Positions 1 to 10,471 are shown, numbered from the stretch's first letter. The stretch: 64,000 nt of DNA from Hoeflea sp. (GCF_051251555.1 NZ_JBPOEW010000013.1); one strand, 5' to 3'. Notes: a model not told the origin generated them from the sequence alone. Translations and numbers: made by a program.

Positions 1-1218
1 CTGGGTAAGACGCCGGACAGCAACACGACAGCTAACAATAGCAGCAAGACCGAGAGCGCGCCGCCCAAGGCTGCAGTATCCGGAACAGCCGGTACGGCGA
101 GCGCCAAGCCCAAGGCAGCAGCCGACAAAAAAAGCGGCGGTGGATTGGGTATGGTCATGTCCGGCGTCATAGGCGCGGTGATTGCGCTTGGTGGCGGCTA
201 TGCGCTGCAAGTCGGCGGTGTGCTTCCAGCCCCAGGCGGGAATAGTGACCCGGTTGCCCCGGTGGTTTCCCGAGTGGATGCGCTATCGTCCGAGGTCGAG
301 GCTCTGTCGCAGCAACTCTCCAGTTCTTCCGCGCAAGCCGGACCGGATGTTCCCGCCGTGCTTGCAGAGCGTCTCGACAGTCTCGAAGCCGCGCTTGCCG
401 ATGTGGCTGCACGGTCGGGCGAAGCTGGCAGTGAAACGGTCATGCTGGCTCCGCTCGAGGAACGGATTGCCGGTCTCGAAAGCAAGATCGCCGCGTTGGG
501 TGAGGGCAGTTCAGCTGCCGACCCGGCACTTGCGGCAGAAGTCGACGCGTTGCGCGCCGCCCAAAGCGGGATGGAGGCTTCGCTTAGCGAGCTTCAGTCT
601 GGGTCAGAGGCGCTTTCGGACAAGCTTTCCAAGCTTGAATCCGAGCAGGCGGCTCTTGCCGAGCAGGTTGATGCGCCTTCGCGGCAGATTGATGTGGCGC
701 GCGCCATTGCCGCCGCCGGACTCAAGTCCGCGATTGACCGGGGCGGATCGTTCATGAGCGAGCTTGAGGCCTTTGCCTCGGTGGCACCGGATGATCCGGC
801 TGTTACTGAGCTCAGGGATCTCGCGGCACGCGGTGTCCCCAGCCGGTCCGATCTGGTTGCAGGGTTTTCCGATGCGGCGGGCAAGGCTATTGCCGCGGCT
901 GATCCGGGCAATCCGGAGGCGGGATTGGTCGACAGGCTGATGTCGAGTGCGATGTCGGTGGTCAAGGTGCGCAAGGTCGGAGATGTCCCGGGTGACAGCG
1001 CGGAGGCCATTGCAGCGCGTGCCGAAGCGCGTCTGCTCAATGGTGATCTCGATGCTGCGGTGACCGAATGGAATGCGCTTCCTGAAGCATCGCTGGCTGC
1101 CACAGCCGACTATGGCGATGCGCTGGCTGCCCGGGCCCGGGTAGAGAAGCTGATTGCCGCAGCGGTTGCGCCATCTGGTGCATCAGCTGCTCCGTCTTCC
1201 GAAGCCCCGGCCAACTAG
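1..1218 (+). CDS. COG4223 / mitofilin-domain inner-membrane protein (alphaproteobacterial Mic60-like), 5'-truncated by the window edge
   Basis: Frame 1 is open from base 1 to the stop at 1218. One TM segment, a long coiled coil, and a C-terminal 'AAAGLKSAIDRGGSFMSELEAF...AEARLLNGDLDAAVTEW' mitofilin-like domain. Directly upstream of a hemY-like gene, the usual arrangement. Confidence 0.75.
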   Translation: MGKTPDSNTTANNSSKTESAPPKAAVSGTAGTASAKPKAAADKKSGGGLGMVMSGVIGAVIALGGGYALQVGGVLPAPGGNSDPVAPVVSRVDALSSEVEALSQQLSSSSAQAGPDVPAVLAERLDSLEAALADVAARSGEAGSETVMLAPLEERIAGLESKIAALGEGSSAADPALAAEVDALRAAQSGMEASLSELQSGSEALSDKLSKLESEQAALAEQVDAPSRQIDVARAIAAAGLKSAIDRGGSFMSELEAFASVAPDDPAVTELRDLAARGVPSRSDLVAGFSDAAGKAIAAADPGNPEAGLVDRLMSSAMSVVKVRKVGDVPGDSAEAIAARAEARLLNGDLDAAVTEWNALPEASLAATADYGDALAARARVEKLIAAAVAPSGASAAPSSEAPAN

Positions 1219-1228
1219 GAGATCCGAT

Positions 1229-3136
1229 ATGATCCGGTTGTTATTCTTTGTTGTGCTGGTTCTGGCGCTCGGCTTTGGTTTTGCCTGGTTGGCGGACCGG
1301 CCCGGTGATCTGTCCATTGTCTGGCAGGATCGCCGTATTGAAATGTCGCTGATGACAGCGGTCACTGTCATTGTCTCGCTGATTGCGGCGATCATGATCA
1401 GCTGGTGGCTCATTCGCACCATCATCTTGTCGCCACGCACAGTGGCCCGTTATTTCCGGGCCAACAAGCGTGACCGCGGTTATCAGGCACTGTCGACCGG
1501 GCTTCTGGCCGCAGGTTCGGGTGACGCGGCGATGGCGCGCAAAATGAACAAGCGGACCAAGGGTCTGCTGAAGGCAGATCAGGAGCCGTTGATTCATCTT
1601 CTCGATGTGCAGGCGGCGCTGATCGAGGGCCGACACGAGGAAGCCCGCAAGCTGTTTGCAGCAATGGCAGAAGATCCCGAGACAAAGCTGCTCGGGCTGC
1701 GCGGGCTCTATCTCGAGGCACAGCGCCAGGGTGCGGACGAGGCTGCCCAGCATTATGCCGAAACCGCCGCCGATGAGGCGCCGCATCTGCCGTGGGCGGG
1801 CGCTGCCGCGCTGTCTTACCGGACCCGGGAAGGCAAATGGGACGAGGCACTCAAGCTGCTCGACCGCCAGCGCCAGGCCGGCACGATCGCTGCTGCGGAA
1901 GCTAGCAGGACCAAGGCTGTGCTGCTGACTGCCCGGGCACGTGAACATGTTGACAGTGATCCTGCGTCAGCGCGCGACGATGCGCTCAACGCATTGAAAC
2001 TGGCGCCGGGATTCCCGCCCGCTGCGGTGATCGCGACAAAAGCGCTTCTGCGTCAGGACAATTTGGCCAAGGCAGCCAAAGTCCTTCAAGCGGCCTGGAA
2101 AACCAATCCGCATCCTGAAATCGCCGAAGCCTATGTTCACGCGCGGATCGGAGACACGGCTGCCGACCGGCTCAAGCGTGCGGAGCGGCTTGAAAAACTC
2201 AAGCCGCTTAATCCCCAATCTCTGGATGCGGTGGCGCGTGCTGCGCTGGAAGCACGCCGGTTCGATCTCGCGCGGGAAAAGGCCGAAGCGTCAGCAAGAC
2301 TTCAGCCGTGTGAAGGCATATTCCTGTTGCTTGCCGACATTGAAGAGGCGGAAACCGATGATCAGGGCCGTGTTCGCCACTGGCTGAGCCAGGCTGTGCG
2401 CGCGCCGCGTGATCCGGCCTGGACTGCCGACGGCTACGTGTCGGAAACCTGGGAACCGGTTTCGCCGGTCAGCGGCAAGCTGGATGCGTTTGAATGGAAG
2501 GTTCCGGTCGAGCAGTTGGCCGGCCCAAGCATTGATAACCAGCCGCCTGCCGGGGTCTTCGACAGGGCGATGGCGAGCCTGCCGCCAATTGCCAAGGTAG
2601 CCACGCCCGACACTGCTTCCGTGTCCAGCGGCGCATCTGAAGACATGGCAGCTATTGCTGATCCCCCGGGTGAGGCGGCAGTGCCGAAAGAACAGCCGGC
2701 AGAGGTGCCTGCTTCGGCACCCAAAGCCAAGCCGTCACCGGTGATTGACGCGGACGCTGTGGCAGACCACAGAACGCAAGCAGCACCGATAGCCGCAGCG
2801 GCCGGCAAGGCTACAGACACCGGCAAGGCCGAGCCGGGGGGTGAGGCCACCGACACGGGCAAGGCCGAGCCGATGGGTAAAGGGGCCGCTGTCGCCAAAA
2901 CACCGGATGCAGAGGAAGACAAGGCGACCGACGGGGTGAAGCCGAAGGAGATGGCCAAGCCGGTAGAGGCCGCCCAGTCTGAAAAGCCCGTCGAAGTGGC
3001 TGCGAAAGCGGAAGCCGATCCAGAGGCTGATGCGAAGGCCAAGGAAGCAGCATTCCTGACCCATCGTCCGGATGATCCGGGTATTGATGTCAACGCAGAG
3101 CCGGAAAAGCCCGGTGGCCGTTTCCGTCTGTTCTGA
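1229..3136 (+). CDS. hemY: HemY-like TPR membrane protein with a low-complexity Ala/Pro/Glu/Lys C-terminal tail
   Basis: ATG 1229 after GGAGA. Two N-terminal TM helices, 'WLADRPG', TPR-like helices, 'RAPRDPAWTADG...W.PVSPVSG.LDAFEW', terminal 'RFRLF'. Confidence 0.75.
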   Translation: MIRLLFFVVLVLALGFGFAWLADRPGDLSIVWQDRRIEMSLMTAVTVIVSLIAAIMISWWLIRTIILSPRTVARYFRANKRDRGYQALSTGLLAAGSGDAAMARKMNKRTKGLLKADQEPLIHLLDVQAALIEGRHEEARKLFAAMAEDPETKLLGLRGLYLEAQRQGADEAAQHYAETAADEAPHLPWAGAAALSYRTREGKWDEALKLLDRQRQAGTIAAAEASRTKAVLLTARAREHVDSDPASARDDALNALKLAPGFPPAAVIATKALLRQDNLAKAAKVLQAAWKTNPHPEIAEAYVHARIGDTAADRLKRAERLEKLKPLNPQSLDAVARAALEARRFDLAREKAEASARLQPCEGIFLLLADIEEAETDDQGRVRHWLSQAVRAPRDPAWTADGYVSETWEPVSPVSGKLDAFEWKVPVEQLAGPSIDNQPPAGVFDRAMASLPPIAKVATPDTASVSSGASEDMAAIADPPGEAAVPKEQPAEVPASAPKAKPSPVIDADAVADHRTQAAPIAAAAGKATDTGKAEPGGEATDTGKAEPMGKGAAVAKTPDAEEDKATDGVKPKEMAKPVEAAQSEKPVEVAAKAEADPEADAKAKEAAFLTHRPDDPGIDVNAEPEKPGGRFRLF

Positions 3137-3157
3137 CCGGTCCCGAAAGGACACTGA

Positions 3158-3640
3158 ATGCTTGACCAGATACGCGCGTTCCTGCGCGAGCTCAAAGGCG
3201 ACACGCCAGCGGAGTCTGGCAGCAACGATGACGATGTGGCTGCGGTGGCGCTGTTCTTTCACGTCATCGGCGCTGACGGAGTGATAGACCCGGTTGAGTC
3301 TGAAAAGCTCAAGGCGTTGATTGCCCAGGAGTATGACCTGAGCGGCACGGCCATGCAGAAACTCATGGAGGCCGGTGAACAGGCTGACCGTGAAGCTGTC
3401 GACCTCTACCAGTTCACCAGCGTGCTCAATCGCTCGCTGGAACCGGACGCGAAAGTTCATTTTATCGAGCTGCTGTGGAACCTGGCCTACGCAGATGGGT
3501 ACCGGCATGAGCTGGAAGACCACGTTGTCTGGCGCATTGCCGACCTGATGGGGGTGTCCAGCCGCGACCGTGTGCTGGCCCGGCAGCGTGCGCTTGCAAC
3601 AGCCGGTATCGAGGAAACGAACCCGGATGAAGGCAACTGA
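3158..3640 (+). CDS. TerB family (tellurite resistance-like) protein
   Basis: 'VIGADGVIDPVESEKL', 'DLYQFTSVLNR', 'LWNLAYADG..HELEDHVVWRIADLMGV' are typical TerB-family motifs. Confidence 0.8.
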   Translation: MLDQIRAFLRELKGDTPAESGSNDDDVAAVALFFHVIGADGVIDPVESEKLKALIAQEYDLSGTAMQKLMEAGEQADREAVDLYQFTSVLNRSLEPDAKVHFIELLWNLAYADGYRHELEDHVVWRIADLMGVSSRDRVLARQRALATAGIEETNPDEGN

Positions 3641-3882
3641 TATAGAGTTGTTCGTCTTTAAATGGAAGCAGCAGCCACGATGCAACGCATCGTGCGAGGA
3701 TTTTGACTACGCTGGCGTGGAAAAGGCATCCAAGCGAGGCAGTTGGAGTGTTCCGGCGATGGTGACGTCAGGCCGAAAGGCAATCGTGTGAGCTTGTTCT
3801 TTCGCACTCTGGACAGTGTCGCGCGCGGCTAACGGCGCTCGCGCCGCGTCGCAACATGCTCCCTGCCAAATCACGAAATCCC

Positions 3883-3925
3883 GGCGCTCAAACGATTCCA
3901 TTTCAAGATGAACGGCTCTAGCGCC
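3883..3925. repeat. Short Rhizobiales-type intergenic palindromic repeat (RIME-like)
   Basis: ggcgct...agcgcc arms around aaacgattccatttcaagatgaacggctct, between convergent genes; resembles rhizobial intergenic mosaic motifs. Confidence 0.45.
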
Positions 3926-3935
3926 AGGTTTACGC

Positions 3936-5237
3936 TCAAGCGGTCCCTGAACCGGATTTTTGCAGCTGATCCAACTCGGCTTTGAGCGCGGCGCGGCTTT
4001 CTTCCGCGTCGCGGTCGAGAGACTGGATCTGGCGCAATTGCGGAAAGCCCATACTCCAGGCAAGCGCCACGGCGAGTGTTCCTGCACCGCCGATGACAAC
4101 GGCTGCTACCGGACCGATCAGTGCGGCCATGGTGCCGGCGCGAAATTCGCCAAGCTCGTTGGAAGCGCCGATGAACACCATGTTGACCGCGCTGACACGG
4201 CCACGCAGTTCGTCCGGCGTCCACAATTGCACCAGGCTTTGGCGGACATAGACCGAAATCATGTCGGAGGCGCCCATGACAATCAGTGCCGCCATGGTCA
4301 GCGGCAGCGATTTCGACAGGCCGAATACGACGGTGGCGGCTCCAAATACACCGACGGCAATGAACATGGCGCGTCCGGCATGTCTGCGAACCGGCCGCGA
4401 GGCAAGGTAGATCGCCATGCCGATGGCGCCGATGCCCGGGCTGGCGCGCAGGAAACCAAGCCCCCAGGGACCGAGTTCCAGCACGTCGCGGGCAAAGACC
4501 GGCATCAGGGCCACGGCTCCACCAAGCAACACGGCAAACATGTCGAGTGAAATGGCGCCGAGTACGATTTTCTGGTTGCGGACATAGCTGAAGCCGGCCA
4601 CTAGCGCTTTCCAGTTCTGGCCTTGTCCACGCGATCGCTGCAGCGGCGGCGGCACCAGGGCAATGGCGATGATGGCGGCTACGAACAACACGCAGGCAGT
4701 CAGATAGGGCACAATTGCGCCGAGGCCGTAGAGCAGCCCACCGGCCACCGGACCGACGATGGTCGCGGTCTGCCATGAGGTGGAGTTCCAGGCAATTGCG
4801 TTGGGCAGGTCACGGGCCGGAACCAGATTGGGCGCCAGAGATTGCGAGGCGGGTGCGAAAAAGGCTCGCGATATGCCGATAACCAGCAGCACACTGAAGA
4901 TCGGCATTGGCGAGGTCAGGCCACGCCAGGCGAAATAGACCAGCGCTGCCGCCGACAGACCGATGATGATTTCGCTGATCAGCATGATGGTGCGGCGGCC
5001 ATAGCGGTCTGCAGCGGCGCCTGTAAACAGGATCAGCACCAGAGCCGGCAGAAACTGAATGAGGCCAACCAGACCAAGATCAAAAGGATCCCGGGTCAGA
5101 TCATAAATCTGCCAGCCGACCGCGACGCTGATGATCTGCAGCGCGAAGCTCGAAAGGAACCTGGCTGCGAAATAAAAGCTGAAGGCGCGATGGCGAAAAG
5201 CTGCGAAGCGGTCTTCCGCCGTGGCTGGGGCTTGCAT
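3936..5237 (-). CDS. MFS transporter (DHA3/MFS_3-like)
   Basis: About 12 hydrophobic segments; 'GAAADRYGRR' MFS motif A; 'TPDELRGRVSAV'. Start ATG 5237. Confidence 0.85.
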   Translation of the reverse strand: MQAPATAEDRFAAFRHRAFSFYFAARFLSSFALQIISVAVGWQIYDLTRDPFDLGLVGLIQFLPALVLILFTGAAADRYGRRTIMLISEIIIGLSAAALVYFAWRGLTSPMPIFSVLLVIGISRAFFAPASQSLAPNLVPARDLPNAIAWNSTSWQTATIVGPVAGGLLYGLGAIVPYLTACVLFVAAIIAIALVPPPLQRSRGQGQNWKALVAGFSYVRNQKIVLGAISLDMFAVLLGGAVALMPVFARDVLELGPWGLGFLRASPGIGAIGMAIYLASRPVRRHAGRAMFIAVGVFGAATVVFGLSKSLPLTMAALIVMGASDMISVYVRQSLVQLWTPDELRGRVSAVNMVFIGASNELGEFRAGTMAALIGPVAAVVIGGAGTLAVALAWSMGFPQLRQIQSLDRDAEESRAALKAELDQLQKSGSGTA

Positions 5238-5408
5238 GATGTCTGTCCGGTTTGTGCTGATTGAGCTATACACGAGCAATCGTGCGAAGCTACCGTTTGG
5301 TGGCACGGGGCGCCTTAACCCTGCCGCCTTATAGGCAGGTACGCGCTCTTGCCGCTTGCGCTTCGAGTGTCTACATGTCTGTCACGCGAAGAACAGCCGG
5401 AGAATCTT

Positions 5409-5699
5409 ATGATTGCAGTCTTTTCAACCATCGACATGATCCTTGGCCTCTATACCTGGATCATCATCGGCAGCGCTATTTTCTCCTGGCTTTACGCCTT
5501 CAACGTGGTCAATCCGAACAACCGGTTCGTCGGCATGATCGGCGAGTTCCTGTTCAAGGCAACCGAGCCGGCGCTCAAGCCGATCCGCCGGATCATGCCG
5601 GATCTGGGCGGGCTGGATATTTCGCCAATCATCCTGCTGATCGCGATCTTCTTCCTGCGGACCTTCATTGCCACCTCGATTGCACCGATGTTCTTCTGA
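5409..5699 (+). CDS. yggT: YggT family membrane protein
   Basis: 'WLYAFNVVN', '[26 protein letters not shown]'. Confidence 0.9.
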   Translation: MIAVFSTIDMILGLYTWIIIGSAIFSWLYAFNVVNPNNRFVGMIGEFLFKATEPALKPIRRIMPDLGGLDISPIILLIAIFFLRTFIATSIAPMFF

Positions 5700-5713
5700 G
5701 CTGCTGGTACAAA

Positions 5714-6007
5714 ATGACGGAGAATGGTGTCGAGCTCTCAGTTCGCCTGACGCCATCCGCCTCCCTCGACGGGATCGACGGTCCGGTCGAGGATGCAGCC
5801 GGAATGGTCCGCCTGAAAGTGCGGGTCAGAGCAGTGGCCGAGAAGAACAAGGCCAATCGTGCGCTTGAAAAGCTGATTTCCAAACGATTGAAGATCGCCA
5901 AGACCGCTGTCCAGGTGATCTCCGGAGAGACGAGCCGGTCGAAGATTATCCGTGTCACCGGCGATCCCGCGGAGCTGGTGGAAAGCATCAAGGCACTTGC
6001 CAGCTGA
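5714..6007 (+). CDS. DUF167 / UPF0235 (YggU-like) protein
   Basis: 'LSVRLTPSAS.D.I', 'LKVRVRA....KANRAL', 'GETSRSK'; follows yggT as usual. Start codon uncertain. Confidence 0.8.
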   Translation: MTENGVELSVRLTPSASLDGIDGPVEDAAGMVRLKVRVRAVAEKNKANRALEKLISKRLKIAKTAVQVISGETSRSKIIRVTGDPAELVESIKALAS

Positions 6008-6087
6008 TCAAAAAATTGCGCCACTGGATCGTTTGATCAAGTGGCGCAAGGCAATACTTTAACGGTATTATCTGTCAGAGCCTGTCA

Positions 6088-6621
6088 TCAGCCCTTGGTC
6101 TTGGCCCGGTCGATCGCCTCGACGATCAGCTTGCGGGCGACTTCCGCATCGCGCCAGCCACCGATCTTGACCCATTTGCCGGGCTCCAGATCCTTGTAGT
6201 GCTCGAAGAAGTGCTCGATCTGCTGAAGCGTGATCTCGGGCATGTCGGTGTAGTCGTTGACACCTTCATAGCGCTTGGTCAGATGCGTCGACGGCACGGC
6301 AATGATCTTCTCGTCCTGGCCGGCATTGTCTTCCATGATCAGCACGCCGATCGGGCGCACATTGATCACGCAGCCGGGGATCAGCGGCCGCGTGTTGCAG
6401 ACCAGAACGTCAATCGGATCGCCATCATCGGACAGTGTGTGCGGCACGAAGCCGTAATTGCCCGGATAGGTCATCGGTGTGTAGAGGAACCGGTCGACGA
6501 CCAGAGTTCCTGCTTCCTTGTCCATCTCGTACTTGATCGGCTGACCGCCAACCGGCACCTCTATGATCACGTTGACGTCGTGTGGCGGTTTTTCGCCGAT
6601 GCTGATGGCGTCTATGCGCAT
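6088..6621 (-). CDS. ppa: Inorganic pyrophosphatase (family I)
   Basis: 'IKYEMDK', 'VDRFL', '[23 protein letters not shown]', 'QDEKIIAVP', '[10 protein letters not shown]'. Confidence 0.97.
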   Translation of the reverse strand: MRIDAISIGEKPPHDVNVIIEVPVGGQPIKYEMDKEAGTLVVDRFLYTPMTYPGNYGFVPHTLSDDGDPIDVLVCNTRPLIPGCVINVRPIGVLIMEDNAGQDEKIIAVPSTHLTKRYEGVNDYTDMPEITLQQIEHFFEHYKDLEPGKWVKIGGWRDAEVARKLIVEAIDRAKTKG

Positions 6622-6818
6622 GGTCGCTCCAATCCGGATCTGTGGTGCATGCCGTACTCAAATGGGAGGCTCGAGAAAAACGTGCATGCTGCAATTCAGG
6701 GCCTTGATACATTGACGCGCGCTCGCGCGAGCCTGTGCTGTAACAGCCGGTTCCGGAATTAAAGCCAAAGGCGGTCCGGTGCAACAGGACTTTTGGCGGG
6801 GGTGCTTGATGCAGGCGT

Positions 6819-7325
6819 TCAGGACCAGACGAAGGCAAGTTTCTTGAGCGTTTTGCCGTCAAATGTCTCGTGGCCCTCGGCGACGTCGCGACCACCCTGG
6901 AAGCGATAGAACTCGACGGCGGAATGATTGTCCTCGAGACACCAGACAACCACGCCCTTGCAGCCGAGCGAGTCGAGAAGCTGAAGGGCTTCGTTGAACA
7001 GGCGTTTGCCCAGCCCAACACCCTGAAACTCAGGCTTCAGATAGAGCTCGTATATCTCGCCTTCCTGCGGCAGCGAGCGGGCCCTGTTGAGGCCAAGCGT
7101 GGCATAACCGGCAACAGTGCCGCCGACATCGAGCACGAGAATGGATGTCGAGCCACGCACAGCGCGCTCCCACCAGCCGACATTGCGGCGCTCGAGCATG
7201 AGCCGGAGTGCCTTGTAGGGCAGGATCCCCGCATAGGCATGGCTCCAGGCCGCGCGATGGGTGCCGGCAATGGCTTGCGCATCCTGCGGCTCGGCGTGCC
7301 GAATATCGATTGTTAACGTGCTCAT
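6819..7325 (-). CDS. GNAT family N-acetyltransferase
   Basis: 'LYLKPEFQGVGLGKRL' acetyl-CoA motif A; 'VWCLEDNHSAVEFY'. Confidence 0.85.
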   Translation of the reverse strand: MSTLTIDIRHAEPQDAQAIAGTHRAAWSHAYAGILPYKALRLMLERRNVGWWERAVRGSTSILVLDVGGTVAGYATLGLNRARSLPQEGEIYELYLKPEFQGVGLGKRLFNEALQLLDSLGCKGVVVWCLEDNHSAVEFYRFQGGRDVAEGHETFDGKTLKKLAFVWS

Positions 7326-7421
7326 GCGCTCATAATACCGGTCATGGTAAGTCCGAAGAAGCCACGGTGGGCCTGCCACGGCATCTGCCCACAGTATTGT
7401 TTTGTGGACGGCGTGAGGAGA

Positions 7422-7437
7422 GTTAACCGTTTGTTAA
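7422..7437 (-). promoter_or_regulatory. CtrA binding box (TTAA-N7-TTAAC)
   Basis: The - strand reads TTAACAAACGGTTAAC, about 100 bp upstream of the GNAT start; exact match to the CtrA consensus. Confidence 0.6.
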
Positions 7438-7495
7438 GGAAATATGCAAGGGCGGCGTTGCCGTTGTTGCCTGCTCAGGCTGCGGAGAACGGGGC

Positions 7496-8140
7496 TCAGG
7501 CTGCCGCGAACCGGTTGAGAGTTTTCTGCGCGGCCTCGAAGAACTGGCCGACCTGCAGGCCATCGACCAGCGCATGGTGAACCTGTACGGCGACCGGGCA
7601 GCTCCAGCTGCCGTCCGTGGCTTGAACGAACTTGCCCCATGAAAAGCGCGGAATGCAGTCATCCGGCCCGGGCAGTGCATTGTCGAGCGAGGTGAAATCG
7701 ATCCAGGGCAGACAGGAGAGATAGGCAAGATCGAAACGCTGGCCGGTGTTGGCGCCGAGGTCGGCGCCCTTCGCGGTTTCCTCGATGATTGTCTTGCAGC
7801 TCTCGTCGAACTGCGCCCAGTCCTCGATATAGGGGATATAGGCGTAGCCGAAAGTGTCGCCGGGCCGAGGGACCGTGGCCGACAGCGAGATGTCGTCGTA
7901 CTGCAGAACCCGATCGCCCTCGAACCGCATCATCAGCGCCGGCACAGCGTGCACGCCGGCACCGATCGCATGGATGAAAGCCCGGTAAGGCGACACGCCT
8001 TGCGGCTTGCCGTGGGTCATCAGGGCAGTGATGTCGACGCGCGCGGTGGTGGCGAAATGCGGCCGGTCGTAGGTCCGGAACAGGTTGAACTGTCCGGCCC
8101 GTGACCAGGTTTCGAGATCGATTTCGCGCGCGTCTGTCAT
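7496..8140 (-). CDS. cat: Type A chloramphenicol O-acetyltransferase family protein
   Basis: N-terminal 'REIDLETWSR..QFNLF', 'SCLPWIDFTSL', 'IPRFSWGKF', and catalytic 'QVHHALVDGLQV' (HHxxxDG). Confidence 0.85.
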   Translation of the reverse strand: MTDAREIDLETWSRAGQFNLFRTYDRPHFATTARVDITALMTHGKPQGVSPYRAFIHAIGAGVHAVPALMMRFEGDRVLQYDDISLSATVPRPGDTFGYAYIPYIEDWAQFDESCKTIIEETAKGADLGANTGQRFDLAYLSCLPWIDFTSLDNALPGPDDCIPRFSWGKFVQATDGSWSCPVAVQVHHALVDGLQVGQFFEAAQKTLNRFAAA

Positions 8141-8141
8141 A

Positions 8142-9968
8142 TCAGGCGGCGTTGGCGCCGGTTTTGCCAAACCGCTTGCGGTCGGTTGCGTCGAGGTAAC
8201 GCTTGCGCAGACGGATCGACTTCGGAGTCACTTCCATCAACTCGTCGTCCTGGATCCAGGACAGCGACCGGTCCAGCGTCATGCGGATCGGGGTGGTCAG
8301 TTTGATCGCCTCATCCTTGCCGGCGGCACGGATGTTGTTGAGCTGCTTGGCCTTGAGCACGTTGACTTCAAGATCGTTGTCGCGGGTATGGATGCCGATG
8401 ATCATGCCCATATAGACCTTGTCGCCCGGCTCGATGATCATCGGGCCACGGCTTTCCAGGTTGAACATGGCGTAAGCGACGGCTTCACCGGACATGTTGG
8501 ACAGCAGCACGCCATTGGTACGGCCGGCGATATCGCCCTTGTAGGCCTGATACTCATGGAACAGACGGTTCATCACGGCGGTGCCGCGGGTATCGGTCAG
8601 CAGTTCCGACTGGTAGCCGATGAGGCCGCGTGTCGGCGCATGGAAGACCAGCCGCTGACGATTGCCGCCGGATGGACGCAGTTCGGTCATCTCGGCCTTG
8701 CGCTCGGCCATTTTCTGCACGACGATTCCGGAATGCTCTTCATCGACGTCGATGACGACTTCCTCGATCGGCTCCATCAACTGGCCGCTTTCGTCCTTGT
8801 GCATGACCACGCGCGGACGCGACACGGCCAGTTCAAAACCTTCGCGGCGCATGGTCTCGATCAGCACGGCCAATTGCAGTTCGCCACGTCCGGAGACGTA
8901 GAACGAATCCTTGGCGCCCGATTCCTCGATCTTCAAGGCAACATTGCCTTCGGCTTCGCGCAGCAGGCGGTCGCGAATGACGCGGCTTGTCACCTTGGTG
9001 CCTTCGGTGCCGGCCAGCGGCGAATCATTGACCATGAAGCTCATGGTCACCGTTGGCGGATCGATCGGCTGGGCGTGAAGCGGTTCGGTGACCGAAGGGT
9101 CACAGAATGTATCGGCGACGGTGCCCTTGGACAGGCCTGCAATGGCAACGATGTCGCCTGCATGGGCCTCGTCAAGCGCCACGCGCTCAAGGCCGCGGAA
9201 GGAGAGAATCTTGGAAATGCGTCCGGTTTCTATCAGGCTTCCGTCGCCATGCAGAACCTTGACCTGCTGGTTGGCCTTGACGGTTCCGGAATAGATGCGG
9301 CCGGTGATGATGCGGCCGAGGAACGGATTTGCTTCCAGAATGGTGCCGATCATCCGGAAAGGACCTTCTTCGACCGTCGGTTCCGGCACATGCTCGAGAA
9401 CCAGGTCGAACAATGGGGCAAGTGTGCCGCCATCTTCCGGACGATCCGGTCCAATCGACATCCAGCCATTGCGGCCTGAACCATACATGATCGGGAAGTC
9501 GAGCTGCTCATCGGTGGCGTCGAGCGCTGCAAAGAGGTCGAAGACTTCGTTGATGACTTCGTCGACGCGGGCGTCGGGACGGTCGATCTTGTTGATGGCG
9601 ACGATCGGACGAAGACCGACCTTCAGCGCCTTGCCGACAACGAACTTGGTCTGCGGCATCGGGCCTTCAGCTGCGTCAACCAGAACGATCGCGCTGTCCA
9701 CCATCGACAGGATACGCTCGACTTCGCCGCCGAAATCGGCGTGGCCCGGGGTGTCGACGATGTTGATGCGGTTGCCCTTCCAATCCACCGAAGTGGCCTT
9801 GGCGAGAATGGTAATGCCACGCTCCTTTTCGATGTCGCCCGAATCCATGGCGCGTTCCTGAACGCGTTCGTTTTCGCGGTAGACACCGGATTGCTTGAGC
9901 ATTTCGTCAACTAGCGTGGTTTTACCATGGTCAACGTGGGCGATAATCGCAATATTGCGCAGGGACAT
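8142..9968 (-). CDS. typA: Translational GTPase TypA/BipA
   Basis: '[18 protein letters not shown]', 'ERGITILAK', '[14 protein letters not shown]', 'GRGELQL'. Confidence 0.98.
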   Translation of the reverse strand: MSLRNIAIIAHVDHGKTTLVDEMLKQSGVYRENERVQERAMDSGDIEKERGITILAKATSVDWKGNRINIVDTPGHADFGGEVERILSMVDSAIVLVDAAEGPMPQTKFVVGKALKVGLRPIVAINKIDRPDARVDEVINEVFDLFAALDATDEQLDFPIMYGSGRNGWMSIGPDRPEDGGTLAPLFDLVLEHVPEPTVEEGPFRMIGTILEANPFLGRIITGRIYSGTVKANQQVKVLHGDGSLIETGRISKILSFRGLERVALDEAHAGDIVAIAGLSKGTVADTFCDPSVTEPLHAQPIDPPTVTMSFMVNDSPLAGTEGTKVTSRVIRDRLLREAEGNVALKIEESGAKDSFYVSGRGELQLAVLIETMRREGFELAVSRPRVVMHKDESGQLMEPIEEVVIDVDEEHSGIVVQKMAERKAEMTELRPSGGNRQRLVFHAPTRGLIGYQSELLTDTRGTAVMNRLFHEYQAYKGDIAGRTNGVLLSNMSGEAVAYAMFNLESRGPMIIEPGDKVYMGMIIGIHTRDNDLEVNVLKAKQLNNIRAAGKDEAIKLTTPIRMTLDRSLSWIQDDELMEVTPKSIRLRKRYLDATDRKRFGKTGANAA

Positions 9969-10350
9969 AGATCAGGTCTCATTCTGGAGAATACAAAAAC
10001 GCCGGATGCTGATCCGGCGCGGGCCGGCAAACGCCGGGCTTTGCGCGGCTTATACAGGGTTTTTTGCGGTTGCGAAAGATATCTTTGCGAGAGAGCCTTA
10101 ACGCAGCAAAAGAAGGCTGAAAAACGCCCTTTTATTGCATGTTGTACCGCGTACGTAACAATCAATCAGGCGCTGCGAAACGGGTTGAGCGCGATGTTTG
10201 AGAGTTCCTGGTCATCGCGATTCATCAGCTGGACAGTGATTGTTCGGTGATGCCGACAATGTCGACAAGGCCGAAAAACTGCAGGACCATCGATGGGCAG
10301 GTTGGCGCCTTGCTCTTCGGTCGGGGGCGCTGATTGCCACTGTCAAAGTG

Positions 10351-10455
10351 TTCAAGCGTGTTCCTGAAAATGGGAACCCGTTTTCGGAGCAAACCACGCG
10401 CCAAAACAGAAACCCAAAGCACATTGCATCAATACGGTTCAATGCAATGTGCTTT
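10351..10455. repeat. RIME-like intergenic mosaic element ending in a perfect 14-bp inverted repeat
   Basis: 'gcgtgttcctgaaaatgggaacccgttttcggagcaaaccacgcgc', then aaagcacattgcat (10416-10429) / atgcaatgtgcttt (10442-10455). Confidence 0.55.
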
Positions 10456-10471
10456 AGGCCGGAACCGGTGC

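Noticed and set aside
5261-6007. 248-aa ORF spanning yggT and DUF167
   Set aside because: Only the last ~98 aa look real (DUF167); the rest overlaps yggT in another frame.
8085-9479. 464-aa + strand ORF
   Set aside because: Antisense shadow of typA in GC-rich DNA; no motifs. The same applies to 13015-13938, 14962-16263, 22999-24501, 49348-51036 and 54507-56567.
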